Shown: one piece after another, positions 20,901 through 31,645 of the stretch
How the letters are laid out: every line of letters begins with the position of its first letter
Position numbering within the stretch: the first letter of the stretch is position 1
Assembly: GCA_038087875.1 (NCBI GenBank)
Contig: CM075997.1
Location: 1 to 64,000, forward strand
Source of the DNA: Malacoraja senta
Taxonomy: Eukaryota
DNA: 64,000 bases
Direction of reading: 5' to 3'
Notes under the pieces: model-generated
The model's input: only the letters and a program-made list of their open reading frames with translations
Told to the model about the DNA's origin: nothing
The model's database searches: none
Program-made: the position numbers and the translations under genes

Positions 20901-22066
20901 ACAACCTCTTTTCAGGTTTGGGCCAAAAATGTCGCCCAAGTAGAATGTAACTAGGAAAATGGACAAGGGAGAGCCAGTGGATGTAGTGTACCTGGACTTT
21001 CAGAAAGCATTCGATAAGGTCCCACATAGGGGATTAGTGGGCAAAATTAGGGCACCTGGTATTGGGGGTAGAGTGCTGACATGGAACAAAGAGTAGGGAT
21101 TAACGGGTCCCTTTCAGAATGGCAGGCAGTGACTAGTGGGGTAGCGCAAGGCTTGTTGCTGGACCGCAGCTATTTACGATATATATTAATGATTTAGGTG
21201 AAGGGATTACAAGTAACATTAGCAAATTTGCAGATGACACAAAGCTGGGTGGCAGTGTGAACTGTGAGGAGGATGCTATGAGGATGCAGGGTGACTTGGA
21301 CAGGTTGTGTGAGTGGGCAGATGAAGTTTAATGTGGATAAATGTGAGGTTATCCACTTTGGTAGCAAAAACAGGAAGGCAGATTATTATCTAAATGGTGT
21401 CAAGTTGGGAAAAGGGGAAGTACAACGGGATCTGGGGTCCTTGTTCATCAGTCAATTAAAGTAAGCATGCAGATACAGCAGGCAGTGAAGAAAGCGAATG
21501 GCATGTTGGCCTTCATAACAAGAGGAGTTGTGTATAGAAGCAAATAGGTCCTTCTGCAGTTGTACAGGGCCCTAGTGGAACCACACCTGGAGTATTGTGT
21601 GCAATTTTTCCCCAAATTTGAGGAAGGACATTCTTGCTATTGGAGTGCAGCGTAGGTTCACAAGGTTAATTCCCGCGATGGCGGGACTGTCATATGCTGA
21701 GAGAATGGAGCAGCTGGGCTTGTATACTCTAGAATTTAGAAAGATGAGAGGGGATCTTACATGTTTCCGATGTTGGGGGAGTCCAGAGGGGCCACAGTTT
21801 ATGAATTTAGAACATAGATGGGGAAACATTTTTCCATACAGAGAGTTGTGAGTCTGTGGAATTGTCTGCCTCAGAGGACGGTGGAGGCCGGTTCTTTAGA
21901 TACTTTCAAGAGAGAACTAGATAGGGCTCTTAAAGATAGCGGAGTCAGGGGATATGGGGAGAAGGTAGGAACGGGATACTGATTGTGGATGATCAGCCAT
22001 GATCACATTGAATGGTGGTGCTGGCTTGAAGGGCAGAATGGCCTACTCCTGCACCTATTGTCTATT
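17971..22066 (+). mobile_element. CR1 LINE ORF2 (endonuclease to 3' end), frameshifted, interrupted by a nested insertion
   Basis: GVALLVR..ESVWIEL, DFN, ILDLVL..SDHN (APE endonuclease); KSPGPDGLHPRVLKE, YLDFQKAFDKVPH, SKFADDTKL (RT); CR1 tail. Confidence 0.92.
19369..20942. mobile_element. Harbinger-like non-autonomous element with ~220-bp internal inverted repeats, nested in CR1
   Basis: Starts AGGGCCTGTCACACT, like the MITE TIR at 15563; the right TIR is truncated. 19452-19679 and 20573-20788 are near-perfect inverted repeats. CR1 resumes at ~20943 with a short deletion. Confidence 0.7.
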
Positions 22067-22237
22067 GAAGCAAGGTTGTGTCCCAGCTCCCATGCTGTTC
22101 GGCATCTTCCTATCTGCCCTCTGTCCTTTGTCTTCACGACTGACACAGAAGGAGCGTATCTTCACACTAGAAGCGACAGGAACCTCTTCATTCTGGCAAC
22201 GCTGAAAGCCAAGACCAAGGTAAGAACTGTGCTTATA
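22067..22237 (+). mobile_element. RTE-clade LINE RT fragment
   Basis: KQGCVPAPMLFGIFLSA..EGAYLHTRSDRNLF..LKAKTKVRTVLI, typical of RTE RT. Confidence 0.8.
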
Positions 22238-22459
22238 AATGTCCAATGGTTCTGTATTAGTCATATTTACCGAGCTAAAGTGAAATTCATTTCTGTATAC
22301 ACTTTAATACATGTATCACCATATATAATCACTATGACAAATCTTAAATAAGCATCCCGGATACGGTACAAGTGTATAACAGTAGTAGATTGAGATAGTA
22401 GACAGAGAGGCCAGGTTTGGTGCCATTTTTCAAGTCTCAGTTTGTAAGTGTTGTGTTGG

Positions 22460-23118
22460 CGGTGTGTGTGTGTGTGTGTGTGGGGGAGCAGCGAGTGTTG
22501 TGGAGCCGGAGAGGGGGGGTTGTGAAGGGGAGGGGGTGCAGGGGGAGGGAGGATGTGGGCCGATGGGGGGGGGGTGTAGGCCGGGGGGTGTTTTGGCAGT
22601 GTGGGGGAGGGGTTGTGGGCTGAGGGAGAGGGGGTGTGGGGGAAAGCGGAGGGGGGTATGTTGGGGAGATAGGGTTTGGGGTGGGGGAGGAGGGTGTGTG
22701 TTCGCGGTATGTGTGTGGGGGGGAGCAGCGAGCATTGTGGAGCCAGAGAGGGGGGGTTTGTGGGCGGGGGTGTGTGTAGTGGAGGTGTGTTTGTGGGGAA
22801 GGGGAGCAGTGGAGCCGGAGAGGGGGGAGGGGTGTGGGTGGGGGGGAGCAGTGTGGGAGAGGGAGTGCGGGAGGAGGGAGGATGTGGGAGGAGGGGGGGT
22901 GTGTATGGGCGTGAGGGGTGTGTAGGCCGGGTGGGTGTGGGGTGAGCCGTATGGGGATGGGGGGTGTGAGGGGGAGGGGGGGAGGGGGTGTGGGTGAGGG
23001 TGTGCAGGCCGGGGGGGGGGGGTGTTGGCAGGGTGGTGTGTGTGGGGGGAGCAGTGTGGGTACAGGGGTGTGGGGTGGGGGAGCAGTGTGGGTACAGGGG
23101 TGTGGGTGGGGGGGGATG
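22460..23118. repeat. G-rich low-complexity tract (GGGGGAGCAG/GTGTG motifs)
   Basis: Direct inspection; it produces the spurious Pro-rich and Gly-rich ORFs. Confidence 0.9.
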
Positions 23119-23689
23119 TATTACTTGCTGTAGATTAACAAGCCTATAATTGCAACAACACAAAAATGCATTAATTTACATTTCAGTAAATTTATACTCA
23201 CGATACTACTGTAAACATGTCTGTAATGCAACCAAAGACTCAGTCCATAGATCTTCACAGTTCATAGATGTGGTTTGTGTTTGGCAGTGTTCAAGAAGGG
23301 AAGTAGCTGTTCCTGAACCTGGAGGTCACGTTTTTGGGCTTCGGAACAAAATAATGGGGGCGTAGTGCAATAACACACAGATAACTAATAAAATTAAAAT
23401 ACAGGAAATTAATAATTGAATGCTAGTGTAAAAACATCTGTCGGGCAGCAAAAGACGCAGTCCATAATATCTCATCGTTGTGGTTCATGTTGTGCAGCGT
23501 TCGAGAGGCTTGTAATTGCTGAGAATAAGCTGCTCTTAAACATGGAGGTCAGTTTCCCTGCTTCTGTCGGCTTTTCATGATGGTAGGACATTGTGGTCTT
23601 TGATATTAGCTGCCTTTTGGCGGTAGCATCTCCTGTGGATCCCTTTGATGGTGAAGAGATCATCACCTGTGACGGACTGAGCAGTTTCT

Positions 23690-23963
23690 GTGTAAACACA
23701 CGCGTAACACCAACATCGTCACATTGTACAAGAACAAGGGAGTGCACCAACTACAGGGACATCTCACTTCTGAGTGTTACAGGAAAGGCCTTTGCCAGAG
23801 TGATCCTGCAAAGACTGTACAGACTCGCTGACCTGAGGCACAATGTGGTTTCCATGGAGGTAGATCCACAATGGACATGATCTTCTCCCTGCGTCAAATA
23901 CAAGGAAAATGTCAAGAGCAGCAAACCCCGTGTTCATCGCCTTTGTGGATGTTACGAAAGCTT
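23690..23963 (+). mobile_element. RTE-clade fragment (duplicate of 26378-26660)
   Basis: CTNYRDISLLSVTGKAFARVILQRL..; FIAFVDVTKA. Confidence 0.8.
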
Positions 23964-26265
23964 AGAGGTGGTCATAAGTTTTGTGTGTGATTGCATTGAT
24001 GTGCTGGACCCAGGACAGGTCTTCAGAGATATGGACAACCAGGAACTTGCAACATAACGTTCTCCAGCACTGTCCCATGAATGAAGATAAGTTTGTGGAT
24101 CATCGGCTTTCCCCTCCTGAGGTCATCGACCTCTGCCATGTTTCCTGTGACTGACCAGAGGACAATATCTGACGAGACGGCCATGGACCAGGGCTGGCAT
24201 GTAGAAGCTTCATCACACCTGACCCTGCTGTGTTGCTGAGGAAGATCGGGTGTCATTGGGAATGTGAGCTGATCCTCTGTAAACTGCTCTCAGTGGAAGA
24301 CCGTGATGGAGATGTGTTTTTAGAGCTCGGCTGTCAGCGAAGTTGGAGCAGAAAACTGCTGGAGGAACTCAGTGTGTCAGGCAGCATCTGTGGAGGGAAT
24401 GGACAGACTATATTTGGATTGGGATCCTTCAAGACTCCATTCTTGTCTCCATTTACCAGGTTGGATTATGATGACAGAAATGGCCAAGATTGATGATCAC
24501 CGTGGACTGGAGTGACAGATGATTGAAGATCCTGAAGACCCAATTTTGCTCCACGTTCTCTGCTACCTTCCACACCTGGAGCTGGAGAAGCTGTTGAGGA
24601 ACAACTTGGTGGGATTTCTTGTGGACTTGGATCTCCTCCAGATTGTTTGAAGGGACAAACATGACAGATGTGTGAGTGTCAGCGGTTGGCCGAAAACGGG
24701 CCCTCGGTGGGTGCCGGAGGTCGGTCGAGGACCCGCCACCGAGAGAAGACGGCATCTGCGGAGGGAATGGACAGATGACGTTTGGATCGGGATCCTTCAA
24801 GACTCCATTCTTGTCTCCATTTACCAGGTTGGTTTCTGACGACTGAAATGGCCAAGTTTGATGATCATCGTGGACTTGAATGACAGATCCTTGAAGATCC
24901 CAAAGGCCCAATCTTGCTCCATGTTCCCTGCAACCTTCCACACCTGGAGCAGGAGAACTTGACGCGCTCACGGAGAGCGCCGCGCAGCCGTACTGGAGCC
25001 GACCTGGCCGCCGGCACGGAGCCAGTGAAGACTGGATTCTTGTCCTCTGGTCAATCTCAGGAACATGACAGAGGTCAATGATCACCGTGGACTTGAATGG
25101 CAGAACATTGAAGATGCCAAAGGCCAATCTTACTCCACGTTCCACGCGACCTTCCACACTTGGCGCTGGAGAAGCTGTTGAGGAACAACTTGGTGGGACT
25201 TCTAGTCGCCCAGGATCTCCTCCAGACAGTGTGAAGGGGAAAACATGAAACATCTGCTGTCAGATATGGTCGCCAGCTGTTTGCGAGGAACTTTCCCTCC
25301 GAAGACTTGCAGAAAAATGCCACTGCAGCAGATGGTAAGTCGGAACTGGACAAGTTTGACAAATTTCTTAAAAGCCGTGGATTTTCCTGTGCCCAAGAGG
25401 GATGGATTGCACGCAACAAAATCGATGTCAGGAACCCGAGTGCCGTTCGTGTAAAACCATCGGATAAGAAGCCACATCGGTGGGGACCGTCGCGGAATTT
25501 CTCACTCCGTCCAACAAAGGCCTTTTTAAGAGCCACTGCAAAAAGAGCTACAACCTCTTCCCCGCCCGCGCTCTCGCCTGCATTTGGGATTTCGTCGTCA
25601 ACATTTTCCAGTACAACTGGCAGCGATCTGTTGCACGTTAGAATCCCTGCCGTTTAAGAAATTTGTCAAACTTGGCTTGTTCTGACTCATCTTCTGCCCC
25701 AGTAGTATTTTCCTGCAAGTCTTTGGAGGGAAAGTTCCTCGCAAACAGCTGGCGACACATCAGTCGGCAGATGTTTCATGTTTTCCCCTTCACTCCTTCT
25801 GGAGGAGATTCGGGCCACAAGAAGTCCCACCGTTGTTCCTCAACAGCTTCTCCAGCGCCAGGTGTGGAAGGTCACGCAGAACATGGAGTAAGATTGGCCT
25901 TTGGGATCTTCAGTGGTCTGCCATTCAAGTCCACGGTGATCATCGACCTCTGCCACCTTCCTGAGATTGAACAGAGGACAAGATCTGAAGAGACGGCCAC
26001 GGACCAGGGGTGGCACGCAGAAGCTTCATCACACCTGACCCTGCTGTGTTGCTGAGGGAACCTCCCGGTGAGCGCCGCGCAGCCGTGCTGGAGCCGACCC
26101 GGCTTCCGGCACAGAGCGGTCAAGACCGGACACGGCCGCCAGTGGCCACGAACAAGGACGAGCCCAGTGGCCCGAGAACAAGGGTCAAGGACGGGCCCGC
26201 GGTGGGTGCCGGAGGTCGGTCATGGACGCGCCGCCGAGAAGGAAGAGGACCATCAGGACCACAAT

Positions 26266-27430
26266 GGTCACTCATCACCCCAACAGAAGAAGGGACTTCA
26301 GGGGCTGATGGACAGACTGTCTCAAGCTCGCAACAAAGACCGGCTGACAATCATCAGAGAGAGGGTGGTGTCCCTCAACACACGCGTAACACCAACATCG
26401 TCACACTGCACATGGACCAAGGGAGATCACAGTGAGGGCACCAACTACAGGGACATCTCATTTCTGAGTGTTACAGGAAAAGCATTTGCCAGAGTGATCC
26501 TACAAAGACTGCACAGACTCGCTGACCTGAGGCACAATGCGGATTCCATGGAGATAGATCCACAATGGACATGATCTTCTCCCTGCGTCAAATCCAAGAA
26601 AAATGTCAAGAGCAGCAAACCCCATGTTCATCGCCTTTGTGGATCCTACAAAAGCTTTCAATTCTGTCAGCAGATACGGCCTCCACCAGGTACTGGAGAA
26701 GATTAGATGTCCACCACGTCTTCTAAACCTCACTTGGTCCTTCCATGAGAACATGAATCTACAGTGGAATTTGATGAAGCTACATCGGACAGTTCCCCTA
26801 TGAGAAGCGGAGTGAAGCAATGCTGTGTCCCAACTCCCATGGTGTTCGGCATCTTCCGATCTGCCGCTTCTGTCCTTTGCCTTCCCAACATACACGGGAG
26901 ACATGTATCTTCAAACCAGAAGTGATGGGATGCTCTTCAATGTGGCAAAGTTGAAAGCCAAGACGAAGGTGAGAACTGTGCTTATAAGGGAACTCCAGCC
27001 CGCTGATGATGCTGCACTCAGTTCCCCAAAAGAAGAAGGACTTCAGGGGCTGATGGACAGACTTTCTCATGCTTGCACCAAAGACCGACTGGCAAATCAG
27101 CGTTAAGATGACTGTTGTCATGGGTCAGGGCACTCCACTCCCCTCTGAAATGACCATAAACACCACTCGGCTGGAAAATGTCTTAAATTCACCAACCAAG
27201 GATCTACGGTGACTGACAGCCACTCTCTGGATGAGGAAACCAATTCACGTACGGTAAACCACCTTCCTCTACAGCACCCACCTTCGGGAGGCTAAGCAAG
27301 TGGACATGGAAGAACAGGAAACTCACAATTAAGACCAAGGTAACTGTCTACAACGCGTGAGTGTTGAACACGTTACTGTACAGCAGTGAAGCTTGGGCGA
27401 CTTACCTACATCAAGAACGGTAAATGAATG
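26266..27430 (+). mobile_element. RTE-clade LINE RT region, degenerate
   Basis: NYRDISFLSVTGKAFARVIL, FIAFVDPTKAFNSVSR.GL, GVKQCCV, LIRELQPADDAAL. Confidence 0.85.
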
Positions 27431-27879
27431 GAAGAGGACCAAGAGAGGACCCGGCGTTGGGCAGCCTAGGACGGGCCCGCGGTGGGTGCCGGAGGTCGGT
27501 CGAGGAGTGATGTGGAGAATAAAATGGGACCAGCGTCGGAACCAGGACAGATCTTCAGAGACATGAACGCCCAGGAACTTGAAGCAGGATCTTGGAACAT
27601 AACTTTCTCCACCACTGTCCCATCAATGGTCAAGTTTGTGGATCTGCGGCTTTCTCCTGAGGTCAACAAATAGCTCTGTGGTCCTGCGGACATTGAGAAC
27701 AAAACGTCTGCACTGGCAGCATTCCCTCAGATTATCAATCTCTCTCCTGTACTCTTGGAGTTTCATCAAATTCCACTGTAGATTCATGTTCTCATGGAAG
27801 GACCAAGTGAGGTTTAGAAGACGTGGTGGGCATCTAATCTTCTCCAGTACCTGGTGGAGGCCGTATCTGCTGACAGAAG

Positions 27880-28228
27880 TAGCTGTTCCTGAACCTGGAC
27901 CGTTACAGTCTTCAGGTTCCTGTACCTTCTTCCTGATGGCAGTGGTGAGATGCGTGTGTGGCCAGGATGGGTGTGGGTCCTGATGATTTTGGCTGCCTTT
28001 TTGAGGCATCGACTACGATAGATCCCTTCGACGGTGGGGAGGTCAAAGCCGGTGATGGACTGGGCAGTGGTCACAACTTTTTGTAGTCTTTTTCGCTCCT
28101 GGATATTCAAGTTGCCGAACCAGGCCACGATGCAACCAATCAGAATGCTCTCTACTGTGCACCTTTAGAAGTTTAGGAGAATCCTCTTCGACATGCCGAA
28201 TCTCCGTAATCTTCTCAGGAGGTAGAGT
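27880..28228 (-). mobile_element. Rex1/Babar-type LINE 3' ORF fragment
   Basis: LYLLRRLRRFGMSKRILLNF..WFGNLNIQERKRLQKVVTTAQSITG..HPGH..LPSGRRYR. Confidence 0.85.
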
Positions 28229-28784
28229 GGGTGGAAGGAGGGGGTGTTGCCAGTTTGTGCAGGGGAGTTGAGATCCCCCCGATGCGGAGGGCCCGACCAC
28301 CGAGCCAAGATCGTCCCGTCAACGGATGTCTCGAGGATCCCGACCGCGGGAGAACAAAGAAGGGAAGAGATTGAACTTTTTCCAGGGTGATCATCAGCCT
28401 CTGATTGACCAAAGCACAAGATCTGAAGAGATGGCCATGGACCAAGGGTAACATGTAGAAGCTTCATTGCTCCTGACTCTTCTGTGTTCCTGAGGAGGAT
28501 GTGGTGCTACTGGGAATAGACTGAGCTGCTTCTCTGCTGAACTGCCTTTCCATGCCTGTATGGGACATCGCTTGGGACTTCAGGTAAGACCTTTACTTGG
28601 GCATCCTTCCTCTGCATTCCCCATGAGATGGACCTTACAAACAGTTGTAGAACACTCGCTGGCAGCATATTCATGGCTCCCGAACTCTCATTGTCTGAAG
28701 CAGCTCCTGTGCCACCAACAATGTAGACAGCTGTCGGTCTTCAAACTGCTCTGCCAGTGCCACTTGTCATAAGTTCATTAGTCA

Positions 28785-30190
28785 TAGAACCATAATTAGG
28801 CCATTCAGCCCATCGAGTCTACTCCACCATTCAACCATGGCTGATCTATCTTTCCCTCTCAACCTCATTCTCCTGCCTTCGCCCCATAACCCGATGCCCA
28901 TACTAATAAAAAATCTGTCAATCTCTGCCTCAAAAATATCCATTGACTTGGCCTCCACCTCGGTCTGTGGCAATGAATTCCACAGCTTCACCACTCTCTG
29001 ACTAAGAAATTCCTTCTCATCTTTCTAAAGGTATGTCCTTTTATTCTGAGGCTATGGCTTCTGGTCCAAGACTCTCCGACTGGTGGAAACATCCTCTCCA
29101 CATCCACTTTTACTATTCGGTAAGTTTCAATGAGTTGCCCCCTCATCCTTCTAAACTCCAGCAAGTACAGGCCCAGTGCCGCCAAACGCCGTCATATCTT
29201 AACCGAATCATTCCTGAGATCATTCTCGTAAATGTTCTCTGGACCAACACATCCTTCCTGAGGTACACAAAAATGCTGGAGAAACTCAGCAGGTGCAGCA
29301 GCATCTATGGAGCGAAGGAAAATAGGTAACGTTTCGGGCCGAAACCCTTCCTTCCTGAGATTTGGTGCCCAAAACTGCTCACACTATTCCAAATGTGGTC
29401 TGACCAGTGCCCTAGGAATTCATCAGCATTACATCCCTGTATTTGTATTCTAACCCTCTCAAAATAACTGCCGGCTTTGCATTCGCCTTCCTTACCATCG
29501 ATTCAACTTGCAAATTAACTTTTTAGGGATCCTGCAGCAGCACTCCCGAGTCCCTTTGCACCTCCCAATCCTGAATTCTCTCCCCATTTAGAAAATAGTC
29601 TAGCCTTTATTCCTACTACCAAAATGTATGACTCCACATTTAGCTATGCTGTATTCCAACTGCCACTTCTCAGCCCACTCTCAACCTTTAGTTACCTTCT
29701 GTTGTTTTTGTAAAAGCTTCCCAATTCTCCAGCTACCCCACTAACCTTTGCAATGTTATATGCCTTCTCTTTAATTCTTCTCCTTTCTAAAGATACATCC
29801 TTTAATTCTGAAGCTGAGCCCTCTTGTCCTAGACTCTCTCCCACTAGTGGAAACATCCTCTCACATCCACCCTTTCCAGCCTTTCACTATTCAATGAGGT
29901 CCCCCCCTCATCCTTCTAAACTCCAGCGAGTACAGGTCCAGAGCTGTCAAATATTCATCATATGTTAATCCAATCATTCTCATAAACCTCCTCTGCACCC
30001 TCTCTAATACCAGCATATCCCTCTTCAGATATGGGTCCCAAAACTGCTTCACAATATTCCACATGTGGTCTGACCAGTGCCTTACAAAAGCCTCAGCATT
30101 ACATCTCTTTTTATATATTTTAGAGTTACTCCAGCTTTTTGAGTTTATATTCCAGTTGTCTTGAAATGAATGCTAACATTGCATTTGCCT
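28785..30190 (-). mobile_element. Cluster of CR1-clade 3' fragments
   Basis: LGLYLLEFRRMRG.LIETY..HSLRIKG.. and CR1 tails, interrupted by a Penelope piece. Confidence 0.75.
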
Positions 30191-31414
30191 TGTTATTTGT
30201 ATATGCAGGATCGCTCAGCATTTGGAGAAACAATGGGCCTTTGGGATCTTCAGCGTTGCCCTGCCCTTCAAGTCCATGGCTGATGATCTACCTCCAACAT
30301 TTTGCTGCACAGTGCCAGAGGGAAAAATCGAGCAGAAGCCCATTGAAGCCTCGTCACTACGGACTGCAACCTGTTCCAGAGAGAAAGATCAGATGTCACC
30401 AGAAACCCACTGTAACCACTCTGGACACTGCTCTTCCAGGGTGCAGGACATTACTCAGTACGTACCCTTCCAAAGGTTGTCTATGTAGACAGCCAGACTT
30501 AACCTGTTAGGGTCATGAGGACCAGTGGGTGTATTGTCCAACCAAGGAGTTGTTCTGAAGTCCTGACCTCCCTTTCTTTTGCAGCAGGTGACTCAAATCC
30601 CACCCACCCTTTCAAAGGTCATTGTAAAAGCCACTAATAAAGAGCCGTGATCTTGTATATTGGTCTCTTTTTATTTTGTGTCTCTGGAATTCTTGACTCT
30701 CAATACATCTCACCAAAGCTAAGAAATCTGGTTATGGTGTAACTGGGGCACTGGCACTGAATCCTGCCGAGGTGAAACAAGAATTTGGTTTTCTTTTGGG
30801 AGGGGGGATGGAGCATGAATTAATAATAATAATAATAATATCTTTTATTGTCATTGCAACGAGATTTAGTATTCCAGTAAACCCTTGCTATAGTGAACCA
30901 CACTGGGCAGGCGGGGGGGGGGGGGGGGGGGGGTTGAGAGGGAGGAGGGAGGTGGTGCCTGTTATTGCCAATGTTCTGCTACAACCAAATAAGGGGCTTA
31001 ATATGTACAGTACTCTTGGAAAAAACAGCAAATAAACATACAATAAATAAACAGTAAAGGGCACAAAATATACCATGCCTTGTGCTGGCACAGTGGTACT
31101 GCAGTAGAGGAATGTGTATGATTTAAATTCTTGATTCTCTGCATTTCTTTGCAAAACGAGCTGTGATTTGGTGAGAATTACGGCTCATTCTCTTCAGTCC
31201 CATTGCACCCCCAACCCCCTCCCTTCATCTCCAACCCCCCACCCCCCACCCACTGCCTGTCCACTGAGTGCACCTCACACCTTGCCTCACACCCCAAAAA
31301 AATATTTTAAGAACTGCAGAAAAGAGCTATGACCTTTGTTTTATAAAGAAATATCGTTAATCAACAATTTCAGCCTTTCCAGCCCAGTGTGTGGCAAGAT
31401 TGAATCTGAGGATA

Positions 31415-31645
31415 GACACTTGGTCCAGGACGTTTCGGAGTGGCTGCATGACAGCCTCAAGGGGGAGGGGGAGCAGCCAGAAGTCGTCATGCTTGTTGGC
31501 GCAAATGACATAGGTAGGGAAAGGAAGGAGGTTCTGCAATATGGCTACAGGGAGTTAGGTAAATATCTTTAACACAGGACCTCCAGGGTAGTGATATCAG
31601 AATTACTTCCAGTGCTAAGTTCTAGTGAGGGTAGGAACAGGATGC
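31415..31645 (+). mobile_element. CR1 ORF1 SGNH-esterase fragment
   Basis: VQDVSE..LKGEGEQPEVVMLVGANDIG..RELG..RTSRVVISELLPV matches the VVxHxGTND block of the CR1 ORF1 esterase. Confidence 0.8.

Noticed and set aside
22267..23163. 298-aa Pro-rich and Gly-rich ORFs
   Set aside because: Artefacts of a G-rich low-complexity tract lacking stop codons.
24453..25253. 266-aa minus ORF
   Set aside because: Spans junctions of the scrambled repeat mosaic and repeats its own motifs; no splice or start context.
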